26,049 bases of DNA from a virus (taxonomy: Duplodnaviria > Caudoviricetes): the IMG/VR virus record IMGVR_UViG_3300020044_007581, positions 1 through 26,049 of that record; one strand, 5' to 3'. This document shows, one piece after another, positions 1 to 8,370 of the stretch. Made by a program: the position numbers and the translations under genes. Each line of letters begins with the position of its first letter. Position 1 is the first letter of the stretch. Below the pieces are notes generated by a model. That model was not told where the DNA came from and made no database searches. It saw nothing but the letters and a program-made list of their open reading frames with translations.

Positions 1-380
1 CCCATATTTGCGGCCCGTTCGATCCTTGCGTACCCGTTGCCGTAGTTCAGCGCCCAGTGGAGCGTGGTTTCGCGCCACTTTTGCGGGGTTTGGAAGCCGT
101 TTGGTACAAGGTTGAGGATGCGGTGCAGGCGGGAATCAGGCTCGAAAGTGGTTTTGAAGCCAACTTTGCGCACCACCGGCAAGGGCATCGAAGCGATAGG
201 CGAACAGATAGCGCGCGTGCAAGCGGCCACGGGGCCGCAGCGCATGGCGTTTTCGACGTTGACGACTACGCCCGCGTCAGTCTGCTGGCCGGCGCCGTAC
301 AGCTGGGCGAGGCGGTAGTAACCATTTCGCTGGTACCACGCCGCTGCCACCGCTTCGTATGCTTTTCGAATGATGTTCAA
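1..380 (-). CDS. Portal protein 5' fragment (second allele, truncated by window edge)
   Basis: TTG at 380 overlaps the terL stop. It reads (M)NIIRKAYEAVAAAWYQRNGYYRLAQLYGAGQQTD..., identical to the portal at 2392 except K2N and M30A. Confidence 0.85.
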   Translation of the reverse strand, partial: MNIIRKAYEAVAAAWYQRNGYYRLAQLYGAGQQTDAGVVVNVENAMRCGPVAACTRAICSPIASMPLPVVRKVGFKTTFEPDSRLHRILNLVPNGFQTPQKWRETTLHWALNYGNGYARIERAANM

Positions 381-445
381 TTGAGAGTCGCCCGCCCGTC
401 GCTGTACGGGTCACTGTATTCTTCGGCCTGTATCAGCCCGCCCAC
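1..445. repeat. Left arm of 445-bp inverted repeat (partner 2327..2771)
   Basis: The reverse complement of 1..445 aligns without gaps to 2327..2771 (paired positions sum to 2772). I count 15 mismatches, all within 291..375. The arm runs off the window edge. Confidence 0.95.
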
Positions 446-1954
446 GGCCATGACCAGAGACGCGGCCTTGTCAATTCGTTTTCGGTTGGTAAGCCGCTGC
501 ACCTTGGCTATCTTGCGGTGCCCGTTGTCGTCGCTTTTAACCATGGTGTTATCGATGCACCAGCGCAAAGAGGCGTCGTTTTCGTGGATCAGCCGGCCCA
601 TGTGTAAAAGGTCTTCGACGCGCTTTACTGCTGGCGATTGGTCCCTGTAATCCTGCCCAAACTTGATCACCTCCATGCCGCCCTCAGCGAGAGCTACAGC
701 GGTGTCACGTGCGCCCCAGGCGTCGTAACACACGCTCTGGATTTGGTACTGTTCGTTCAGTGTTCTGATGTGATCGGCGACAAAGCGCCAATCGGTCACA
801 TTGCCGGGGGTGAGGATGATATGCCCGTCAAGCGCCCATTGCGCGTAGGGTACGGCGTCGCGCTTCTCGCGGCCTCGTACATCGTCCTCGGGTAGGTATC
901 CCCAAGAGCGGAGGAAGACGTTGCCGTCCGGGAGTTTCCAAGCCAGTGTGAACGCTGTTAAGTCGCGGGTGGCGCCGAGATCAAGGCCACCAAAACACGG
1001 AGCCTGTCGAAGCACTTCCTCGCTGACTGAACCGGTGCGCTCGTCCCATAGCTGGATGTCCAGCCACGCCGTCTCCGAGCCCATTGGCTGATTTAGGTAT
1101 AGGCGTCGGAATGTGGCTTCCTCAGCCTTGGAATGCTCGGCTTTTAAAAAGTCCTCTTCGTAGTCCTCAAGCTGGTGGTGCCCGGTTTTCAGGAGCGGTA
1201 GGGCCAGCGGCCATAAGGAGCGGTCGCGCCAGTCTGCGTCAATAGGCACCTCGTGGACCATGGCGAGATAAGAGGGATCTTTGATCTTGCCGGAAAGCAC
1301 CTCTTTGGCGTACTGGTATTCTTGCCCCCACAGCGACTCCATGTCGTGCCCGGCGGTCGTCGGCATGATGCGCAGTGGATCGCGGCGAGACTTGCCACCG
1401 GTGGTCAGCGCTCGGTAGAGTTCCATGTGCGCCGGTCCCCAGGCGTGCAGTTCGTCGCAAACTACCAGCGATGGGTTGTATCCGTGCTTCCCAGCGCCCT
1501 CGGCCGATAGCACGCGCATGATATTTCCGTTTTGACGGTTTTCGATGCGCTTTAACGATGGGGTAATGCGGCAGAGGTCGGACAGATCCGGCTCGGCCTT
1601 GATCATGTCGTGTACTGCATCGAAACAGATGCCCGCTTGGCTAACATCGGTGGCGGCGAAGTAAATCTCGTGCCGGGCAGTGTCGCCCATGAAGAACTCG
1701 TAGGTGCAAACTCCGGCCGCGAATTGCGTCTTAGCCTGCTTGCGGCCGCACGTCAGGAACGCTTTGCGGTATTGCCTTCGCCCGTCTGGTCTGCGCCACC
1801 CATAAAGCTGCGTGATGGCTTCGCGCCAGTGCGGCAAAAGGATGAACGGCTCAGGCTCGTCTGATTTGGTCGCCTTGGTGAGCGTGAGTGATTCGATAAA
1901 GCGGATGACGTGATCGACTTTGGCTTGATCGAAATAGTTAGCCGTCGGTGCCAT
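377..1954 (-). CDS. terL: Terminase large subunit
   Basis: 525 aa. Has LLPHW..I..LYGW....GRRQYR, Walker A-like GRKQAKT, Walker B LVVCDELH, TTAG coupling motif, and nuclease motifs GLDLG..DLTA and RID.A. Confidence 0.95.
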   Translation of the reverse strand: MAPTANYFDQAKVDHVIRFIESLTLTKATKSDEPEPFILLPHWREAITQLYGWRRPDGRRQYRKAFLTCGRKQAKTQFAAGVCTYEFFMGDTARHEIYFAATDVSQAGICFDAVHDMIKAEPDLSDLCRITPSLKRIENRQNGNIMRVLSAEGAGKHGYNPSLVVCDELHAWGPAHMELYRALTTGGKSRRDPLRIMPTTAGHDMESLWGQEYQYAKEVLSGKIKDPSYLAMVHEVPIDADWRDRSLWPLALPLLKTGHHQLEDYEEDFLKAEHSKAEEATFRRLYLNQPMGSETAWLDIQLWDERTGSVSEEVLRQAPCFGGLDLGATRDLTAFTLAWKLPDGNVFLRSWGYLPEDDVRGREKRDAVPYAQWALDGHIILTPGNVTDWRFVADHIRTLNEQYQIQSVCYDAWGARDTAVALAEGGMEVIKFGQDYRDQSPAVKRVEDLLHMGRLIHENDASLRWCIDNTMVKSDDNGHRKIAKVQRLTNRKRIDKAASLVMAVGGLIQAEEYSDPYSDGRATLN

Positions 1955-2326
1955 TCTTCTCAGCGATCATCAGAGCCAGTTTGCCCTTAGCGGGTGCTTT
2001 CTTGCCACGGATGCCGACGCGCTGGCGGGACTTCTCGCCGATGACCAAGCTATCCTCTAGCCCGGCCATGACGCGGCGGGCCTTCTGGCGCTGGTCGGGG
2101 TCTTTGGCGCGGCGGAAGTCGTCTAGGAGTATCACGTACTGCGCGTACAGATCAGCGTCAGCCTGACGGGTGCCAACACCGGCGCCGTGCTGCATGTCGA
2201 TAAGCTTTTGAAATTCGGCGTGATGACGCTTCGGAAGCCAGGACGGAGGAGTGACGGACTCCTGAATGAAGTCTGACGGCGCGTTGTTGGTGCCATTTAG
2301 CCCGCGCCGGGAATCAGGCTGCGGGA
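1938..2326 (-). CDS. terS: Terminase small subunit, 5'-truncated at the inversion junction
   Basis: The frame of ORF 1938..2195 stays open upstream: (P)LPQPDSRRGLNGTNNAPSDFIQESVTPPSWLPKRHHAEFQKLID-MQHG... The PLPQP and PPSWL motifs resemble P27-type TerS. It lies directly upstream of terL and overlaps it. No start codon precedes the junction at 2326/2327. Confidence 0.75.
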
Positions 2327-2771
2327 GTGGGCGGGCTGATACAGGCCGAAGAATACAGTGACCCGTACAGCGACGGGCGGGCGACTCTCAATTGAAAATC
2401 ATTCGCAAAGCATACGAGGCGGTGGCAGCGGCGTGGTACCAGCGCAACGGGTACTATCGGCTGGCGCAGCTCTACGGTATGGGCCAGCAGACTGACGCGG
2501 GCGTAGTCGTCAACGTCGAAAACGCCATGCGCTGCGGCCCCGTGGCCGCTTGCACGCGCGCTATCTGTTCGCCTATCGCTTCGATGCCCTTGCCGGTGGT
2601 GCGCAAAGTTGGCTTCAAAACCACTTTCGAGCCTGATTCCCGCCTGCACCGCATCCTCAACCTTGTACCAAACGGCTTCCAAACCCCGCAAAAGTGGCGC
2701 GAAACCACGCTCCACTGGGCGCTGAACTACGGCAACGGGTACGCAAGGATCGAACGGGCCGCAAATATGGG
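2327..2771. repeat. Right arm of 445-bp inverted repeat (partner 1..445)
   Basis: Contains the last 22 codons plus stop of terL (VGGLIQAEEYSDPYSDGRATLN*, 2327..2395) and the first 380 nt of the portal gene. Confidence 0.95.
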
Positions 2772-3684
2772 AGAGCCGGTCGCGCTGATCCCGATTCACC
2801 CGTCGCTGCTGATAAAAAAAGACATCGTGCGCGGTGAGCCGGAATACCTGTTTCGGATAAACAACAAGGAAGAACGGTACAAAAACCGTGAAATCTTCCA
2901 CCTTCAAGGGCACTCCGAGGACGGAGTTTTAGGCGTTGGGACTGTCGATCTCGCCAAAGAAGCCATCGGGCGCGCAATGGCTATGGAAGCCTTCGGCGGC
3001 ACGTTTTTCGGTCGTGGTGGCGTTCGCGCCGGGCTACTCAAGCGCACGATGCCGTTTGCCGACGAAACGGCGCAGAAGCGCTTCGAGGACGAATGGCAGC
3101 GCAAGTACCGCAACGGCAAAGAATCATTCCACCGTAACATCCTCCTCGTCGCCAACTCCAAAGGCAGTGACGGATGGGAGTGGGAGGGCATTGGGTCGCA
3201 GCCGTCCGAGGCGCAACTGGTCGAGCAATCCCGCGCCGTGGTCCCTGAAATCTGCCGCTTCTACGGCGTCTCGCCGACGCTGGTACAGGATCTTACGCAG
3301 GCGCACTACAACAACTTGGAGCACGAAAACCGGGCGCATCTTACCGGCGTACTGACCAAGTGGATGACGGCGTTTGAACAGGAGTGCTATCGGGTACTCC
3401 TCACCGACGCGCAGAAGTCCGCCGGCTGGGCCGTCAAGCACGACGCCAGCGGGTTCCTTCGTGGCGACTTTAAGTCGATGCTCGAAGCCATCGCCGCCGC
3501 GCTTGAAAAAGGCCTCATCACGATCAACGAAGGCCGCGAAATGATCGACTTCGACCCGATTCCGAACGCTGACGCGCTGTACATCCAGCTCAACCGGCAG
3601 ACCGTACCCGGCACCGGCCAGCCCACGGCGGCCGAGGCCGCATCAATTGCAAAGACCAACGCAGGAGGACAAGCCAATGGATAA
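2392..3684 (+). CDS. Portal protein (HK97 family)
   Basis: 430 aa. Has V.AC...I...IASMPL, PN..QT...W, GNGYA.I, EIFHL, EICRFYGVSP, and G.ITINEGR. TTG start overlaps the terL-remnant stop. Confidence 0.95.
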   Translation: MKIIRKAYEAVAAAWYQRNGYYRLAQLYGMGQQTDAGVVVNVENAMRCGPVAACTRAICSPIASMPLPVVRKVGFKTTFEPDSRLHRILNLVPNGFQTPQKWRETTLHWALNYGNGYARIERAANMGEPVALIPIHPSLLIKKDIVRGEPEYLFRINNKEERYKNREIFHLQGHSEDGVLGVGTVDLAKEAIGRAMAMEAFGGTFFGRGGVRAGLLKRTMPFADETAQKRFEDEWQRKYRNGKESFHRNILLVANSKGSDGWEWEGIGSQPSEAQLVEQSRAVVPEICRFYGVSPTLVQDLTQAHYNNLEHENRAHLTGVLTKWMTAFEQECYRVLLTDAQKSAGWAVKHDASGFLRGDFKSMLEAIAAALEKGLITINEGREMIDFDPIPNADALYIQLNRQTVPGTGQPTAAEAASIAKTNAGGQANG

Positions 3685-4288
3685 CGGGCAAATCGTTTTG
3701 GAAATCAAGTCGCTGAACGAGGACGGATCTTTTACTGGCATCGCGTCCGTGTACGGCGTTGAGGACTCCTACGGCGACATCATCGAAAAAGGCGCATTCA
3801 CAAAGACGCTTCAGGAAAACCCCGAAATCCCGCTCCTGTGGCAGCACGACGATTCCGAAGTGATCGGCAAAGGCACGGTCACTGAGCAGGGCGGCAAAGT
3901 GATGATCTCTGCCCAGCTTGACATGGAAGACTCGACGGCGCAAAAGGCGTATCGAAAGATCAAAAACAAGATGATCAAAGGCCTTTCCATCGGCTTCCAA
4001 AGCATCAAGCGTACCTTCGGCGAGGAGAATGGTCGCTATATTCGGCGCATTCAGGAATTGAAGCTCATGGAGGTGTCCATTGTCACCTTTCCCGCCCTCG
4101 CGCAAGCGCAAATCATGCAAGTTAAACAGCGCGACGAACTCACAGAGCGGCTCGCTGCCGTTGAATCCCAACTTTCCGCACTGGCCGCTGAAAAAGCCGC
4201 CCCAGCCGCACCCGCAAAACCCGAGCCGGTCGCCGACCACTCGGCGGAATTGGCAATCGCGCGTTTGCGCTTGTCTCTCCTCAACTAA
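3677..4288 (+). CDS. Prohead maturation protease (HK97 family)
   Basis: Has FTGIASVYGVEDSYGDIIEKGAF, PLLWQHD, GLSIGF, and EVSIVTFPA. Start moved to ATG 3677, which has GGAGG at 3664..3668. Confidence 0.95.
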   Translation: MDNGQIVLEIKSLNEDGSFTGIASVYGVEDSYGDIIEKGAFTKTLQENPEIPLLWQHDDSEVIGKGTVTEQGGKVMISAQLDMEDSTAQKAYRKIKNKMIKGLSIGFQSIKRTFGEENGRYIRRIQELKLMEVSIVTFPALAQAQIMQVKQRDELTERLAAVESQLSALAAEKAAPAAPAKPEPVADHSAELAIARLRLSLLN

Positions 4289-4318
4289 CCGCCGTTTCGG
4301 CACCACAGAAAGAGCAAT

Positions 4319-5497
4319 ATGGAACTCTCCCAGCAACTCGACAACATTTCTCAGCTCGTCATCACCGGCCAGAACAAGCAGGCCGAAGAAATCAAAAGCA
4401 TGGGCGCAGCCCTTGCGGAAACCAAGTCCGCCAACCTCCAGCTCCGCAATGAACTGGACGCCCTGATTGCCAAGCAGGCCGCCATGCCCGAGAAAAGCAC
4501 GGAAGGCGAATTGGCGCGCAGCCTGAAGGAGTTCGACGCCGTTGAGCGCTTGAAGAAAGACGGCCGCGCGCGGTTTGTCCTCAAAGGCGGCGCCGCTCAG
4601 GAAGTCATCGAACGTAAATCCACGATTACCTCGTCCACGCTGGGATTCCCCACCGCCGGCGTCATGCCGATGGAAATGGGATCGTATGTCGTGGAGCCGC
4701 GCAAAACACTGCGGATGCGTGACGTGATCCCGTCCCGCCCGATCAGCGTCCAGCAGTATTCCTGGCCGAAGTACAGTATCACCGGCACCAAGGCATCACC
4801 CGTCGCCGAAGCCAGCACGAAGCCGCTGAACACGATGGACCCGACGACCGCCACCGAGCGCGTCAAAACGATTGCCACCTACTTCAAGATCGGGCGGCAG
4901 GCGTTCGAGGACTACAGCGAGTTGCAGGGCCTCATCAACTCCCTCGGCAGCTACAAGATCAACGCCGAAATGGACCGCCAGATTCTCACCGGCTCCAACA
5001 CGGGCGAAGATTTGGACGGGCTCATCACGCAGGCGACGGCGTTCGACTCCACGCTGTTGAGCGCGGCCACGGGCTACACCTACTTCGACCAGATCGCCGC
5101 AGCCGCCCAGCAGGTCGGGGAAGCGGACGAGTTTGAGCCCACGTTCTTCGTCGTCCACCCGCGCAACTGGTGGCAGATGAAGCGGCTGAAGGACAGCCAA
5201 AAGCAGTACCTGCTGGACGGTCCTCGTGGCGACGGCGCCGCCGAATCCATCTGGGGCATGACTCCGGTGGCTACCACGCAGATCACCAGCGGAACGTTTC
5301 TGGTCGGTTCCGGCACCTCCCCGGCTGTCGAGTTCCGCCCGCGTATGGAACTGGAAGTGATGATCAGCGCCGAAGACGGCGACAACTTCAAAGAGAACAT
5401 GTACACCGTTCGCTTTGAAGCCCGCGGCCTGCTGGCCGTCTACCGTCCCGGCAGCTTCATCACCGGCACCTTCCTCAACTCGCCCGCGCAGTCGTAG
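4319..5497 (+). CDS. Major capsid protein (HK97 fold, with N-terminal delta domain)
   Basis: 392 aa after the protease. Coiled-coil first ~100 aa, a probable cleavage site IERK100/S101 (analogous to HK97 K103/S104), and motifs VAE...KP, LKDSQKQYL, IWGMTPV, F.ENM..VRFE.R. Confidence 0.95.
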   Translation: MELSQQLDNISQLVITGQNKQAEEIKSMGAALAETKSANLQLRNELDALIAKQAAMPEKSTEGELARSLKEFDAVERLKKDGRARFVLKGGAAQEVIERKSTITSSTLGFPTAGVMPMEMGSYVVEPRKTLRMRDVIPSRPISVQQYSWPKYSITGTKASPVAEASTKPLNTMDPTTATERVKTIATYFKIGRQAFEDYSELQGLINSLGSYKINAEMDRQILTGSNTGEDLDGLITQATAFDSTLLSAATGYTYFDQIAAAAQQVGEADEFEPTFFVVHPRNWWQMKRLKDSQKQYLLDGPRGDGAAESIWGMTPVATTQITSGTFLVGSGTSPAVEFRPRMELEVMISAEDGDNFKENMYTVRFEARGLLAVYRPGSFITGTFLNSPAQS

Positions 5498-5515
5498 TTT
5501 TCCTCTCCCTCCGAC

Positions 5516-5545
5516 ATGGGGGCGGCTCCTCCGCCCCTATTTTTT
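5516..5545 (+). terminator. Rho-independent terminator after the major capsid gene
   Basis: ATGGGGGCGG-ctcct-CCGCCCCTAT hairpin followed by a T-run ending at 5545. Confidence 0.8.
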
Positions 5546-5547
5546 CC

Positions 5548-6324
5548 ATGGAACTCATCGCAAATCGACAATTGACCGTGGGCCGACAAAGCTACGAGGC
5601 GGGCCAGCGGTTCAGCGCCGATATCTACATCGCCCGTCAGCTTCTCCAGCAAGGCAAAGCGCACGAAGCCACGCTGTGCGCGCCGCAATCGAACGTCGGG
5701 CTAGTGTCCTGCATCATGCCGACCAAGGACCGCCGCAAGTGGATTCCTCGGGCGCTGGAATGCTGGCAGGCGCAGACTTATCAACCCCTTCAACTGGTCG
5801 TGCTCGACAACGGCGCAGATCCAATCAAAGACCTCCTCCCAGCCGACCAGCGCATCATCTATACCCGCGCCGGCCAGGGTATGAAGCTTGGCATGCTTCG
5901 CAACCTCGCGTGCCAGCTTGCAACCGGCGAGTTTATCGCCCACTGGGACGATGACGACTGGTATTCGCCTGATCGCATCGAAAAGCAGGTGCAGGCCATC
6001 GGCTCCGCGCCCATGTGCGCGCCGCTCGGGTGCCACTTCGCCAGCGCATCGCAAGCCTACAAGATCGACGCCGATCCGATGTTTGGCATTGGCTCTGGCC
6101 TGCTCTACCGCCGCGACTATTGGATGAAATCGCGCTTTGCTCCCGTGGCTCACGAGGGCGAAGATTCGATGTTCCTGCAGGGCTGCAAAAGCAAAGTCCA
6201 CATCGACGGCTACGGCTTGATGGTGGCCAGCGTCCACGACAAGCACACCTCGCAGCGCATCTTGAAAACCAAGTGCTCAATGTCTGAACTTCCGAAGGGG
6301 TACCAATGGCCGTCTGGTATGTGA
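5548..6324 (+). CDS. GT2-family glycosyltransferase with a small extra N-terminal domain
   Basis: Has VSCIMPTKDR, QLVVLDNG, LGMLRN, GEFIAHWDDDDWYSPDRIEKQV (DxD), and GED motifs. The first ~45 aa do not belong to the GT domain. Confidence 0.9.
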   Translation: MELIANRQLTVGRQSYEAGQRFSADIYIARQLLQQGKAHEATLCAPQSNVGLVSCIMPTKDRRKWIPRALECWQAQTYQPLQLVVLDNGADPIKDLLPADQRIIYTRAGQGMKLGMLRNLACQLATGEFIAHWDDDDWYSPDRIEKQVQAIGSAPMCAPLGCHFASASQAYKIDADPMFGIGSGLLYRRDYWMKSRFAPVAHEGEDSMFLQGCKSKVHIDGYGLMVASVHDKHTSQRILKTKCSMSELPKGYQWPSGM

Positions 6325-7007
6325 TCCCGAGCGCCAAGCCAGCGCGTGATGCGCAAGACTGCATCAACGAATGGCGGCGCATGGGCTATAAGGTGGCCGT
6401 GTGGCGCGATGCCGACGCGCAGCCGGTAGACGCTGACTTCGCAATTTACGCGCCTTATCCGGGCTACGCTCAAGCGGTTAATGCCCTTGCTCAAACCGTT
6501 CTTGCGATGGACCCCGGATGCGAATGGGTCGTAACTGGCGGAGACGACGTTTTCCCGGACAAGTTGAAGCACCCGGACCAGATCGCGCGCGAATGCTCGC
6601 GCCGGTTTGGGAAGGGAGACATACTTGACCACGGGGACGCGGAAAGCCTGTTTGGCACCTACGGCGTCATGCAGCCGATTGGCGACGCCTGGGGCGGAAT
6701 CGAGCGTATCTGTGGTAGCCCTTGGATGGGACGCGAGTGGTGCCTAAAGGCCAATAAAGGTGCTGGGCCGCTGCATCCCGACTACTTCCACATGCACGTA
6801 GACCAGCATTTACAAGAGGCCGCAAAGGCTCAAAAGTGCCTGTGGCAGCGCAAAGACATCAGCCACGAGCATCGACACTGGGCACGCGAGAAAAAGCCAA
6901 TGCCGCCGTACTTGGCGCAGGTCAACACGCAACGGCACTGGGACGAAAGCCTCGCGCTGTTCAATCGGCATCGCGCCAGTGGATTTGCTGAAAGTTACCC
7001 GGTATGA
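6306..7007 (+). CDS. Putative GT-A fold glycosyltransferase
   Basis: Has N-terminal YVIPS, GYAQAVNAL, WVVTGGDDVFPD (DD motif), YFHMHVDQHL and HEHRHW. Overlaps the upstream GT gene. Confidence 0.7.
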   Translation: MAVWYVIPSAKPARDAQDCINEWRRMGYKVAVWRDADAQPVDADFAIYAPYPGYAQAVNALAQTVLAMDPGCEWVVTGGDDVFPDKLKHPDQIARECSRRFGKGDILDHGDAESLFGTYGVMQPIGDAWGGIERICGSPWMGREWCLKANKGAGPLHPDYFHMHVDQHLQEAAKAQKCLWQRKDISHEHRHWAREKKPMPPYLAQVNTQRHWDESLALFNRHRASGFAESYPV

Positions 7008-7555
7008 ACCGACTCACTAGCCTTTCGCTTATCCCAAGCGGCCTTCCTGGCAGCCGACCTCCTCTCGGTTGAAACCGGACGCTGATTGGCTTGCTGTTCT
7101 TTTTGAGTCGCCCACCGAATGTTTCCAGGCGCATACGGCCCGTTGTTGTCAATCCGGTCAAGCGTCTTCCCTACGGGTTTCGGGCCTACATCGGACAGAA
7201 ACTTATTGAAATCGTTTTTCCATTCATCGCAAACGGTGATACCCCGTGCGCCGTAAAACTCAAAGCGGTCGGAGTTCGGGTTATAACATCGCTGCTTCAT
7301 AGCATTCCACAGGCCATACATTTGGGTTTTCGATTTACCGTGAATCGTTTCCTGCTTAATCGCGGTTTCGCGTCGAAGGCACCCGCAACTTTTCGTACAT
7401 CCACGGCGAAGTTCGGCGGCGGCGGCGAATACAGGCTTTACTCCACAGTCGCAAGCGCACTCCCAAATCACGCTTGTCCGCCGGCCTCGCCTCTGACTGA
7501 CGCCCAATACCGTTAATCGTCCAAATTTAAGCCCGGCAAGTTCAATTCGTCTCAT
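6995..7555 (-). CDS. HNH homing endonuclease-like protein (free-standing)
   Basis: Has KFGRLTVL, WECACDCG, TKSCGC, W.AMKQRCYNP....YGARGITVCDEW, and TLDRIDNNGPY.PGNIRWAT..EQ..N. It is antisense to the operon. Confidence 0.9.
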   Translation of the reverse strand: MRRIELAGLKFGRLTVLGVSQRRGRRTSVIWECACDCGVKPVFAAAAELRRGCTKSCGCLRRETAIKQETIHGKSKTQMYGLWNAMKQRCYNPNSDRFEFYGARGITVCDEWKNDFNKFLSDVGPKPVGKTLDRIDNNGPYAPGNIRWATQKEQQANQRPVSTERRSAARKAAWDKRKASESVHTG

Positions 7556-7570
7556 GTCTAATTATACAAC
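7556..7570 (-). promoter_or_regulatory. Probable -10 box for a leaderless HNH transcript
   Basis: Minus strand reads gttgTATAATtagacATG: a perfect TATAAT (7561..7566) 5 nt before the ATG, with no SD. No clear -35 element. Confidence 0.5.
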
Positions 7571-7575
7571 GTAAC

Positions 7576-8370
7576 ATGCGGAAAACCTACATAACTTTTG
7601 GCGGAGCGGCCTATGATGAGATCACGGCGGTAGTCATGCGTGACGCGCTTCGGCTGGGCGTAGATGAACTCCTGATCTATGACGACAAATGGTTGACAGA
7701 GCAACCGTTTTTCTCAACGCCGGAGTTCCAGTATCTATTTACGCATCGCGGCGTAGGTAACCCTAATGGGAGGCGTGGTTTTGGATGGTTTTCGTGGAAG
7801 CCATTTTGTATACAGAATGCGCTTTCCAGGGTGTCAGATGGCGATATTGTGATGTTTGTAGACGCCGACACGTACCCCATTGCCGACCTGACCGTCCTGT
7901 ACGAGGAGTGCTCCCGCATCGGCGGCATCATGGCCTTCGCCGCCACCGCTGGCCGTTTGCCATTCAAGAACCGCGAATGGAACAAGCGGGATTGCATGAT
8001 TCAGATGGGCATGGATACACCAGAGTACTTGGAAGCGCCCACCGCTGTTGCTCGGTTCATGCTGTTTGAAAAGGGTAAACCGTTGGTAGACACATTCCTG
8101 GCTGAATGGCAGTATTACTGCCTCGATCCGGTTTGCCAGACCTTCGAGCCGTCCATGCTGGCGCCGGAGCATCCCGGATTCCGCGAGCACCGCACCGAGC
8201 AGGCCATCTACACCAACCTCTGCCACAAGTACGGCCTGAAGCTGTACCGCGAAGCGTGCGCGTTCGGGAACGAGCACCAGCAAGACTGGGAACTCTACCC
8301 GCAGCTGTTCATCCAACAAGACCCAGCCCGCCCGAAGTCGTTGCAAGGGAGCCGATACCGGAATGTTTAG
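7576..8370 (+). CDS. Putative nucleotide-diphospho-sugar transferase (GT-A-like)
   Basis: Has RGFGWFSWKPFCI..AL, DGDIVMFVDAD (DxD), WNKRD, and FREHRTEQAI motifs. Family assignment is uncertain. Confidence 0.65.
   Translation: MRKTYITFGGAAYDEITAVVMRDALRLGVDELLIYDDKWLTEQPFFSTPEFQYLFTHRGVGNPNGRRGFGWFSWKPFCIQNALSRVSDGDIVMFVDADTYPIADLTVLYEECSRIGGIMAFAATAGRLPFKNREWNKRDCMIQMGMDTPEYLEAPTAVARFMLFEKGKPLVDTFLAEWQYYCLDPVCQTFEPSMLAPEHPGFREHRTEQAIYTNLCHKYGLKLYREACAFGNEHQQDWELYPQLFIQQDPARPKSLQGSRYRNV

Noticed and set aside
291-375. DGR template/variable repeat pair
   Set aside because: Mismatches are not adenine-specific and are mostly synonymous. No reverse transcriptase is seen.
57-650. 197-aa ORF and its near-duplicate at 2314..2913 (-)
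   Set aside because: These are antisense shadows of portal/terL. Their similarity only reflects the inverted repeat.
1727-1747. Deviant Walker A (GRKQAKT) implying inactive terminase
   Set aside because: Terminase Walker A motifs are commonly variant, and the other ATPase and nuclease motifs are intact.
1-2771. Inverted repeats as transposon/IS ends or an invertase shufflon
   Set aside because: The arms are coding fragments of terL/portal, and no transposase or recombinase motif is present in the window.
6995-7575. Group I intron or intein carrying the HNH
   Set aside because: The flanking genes appear complete with their own start and stop, and there is no room for a ribozyme core.
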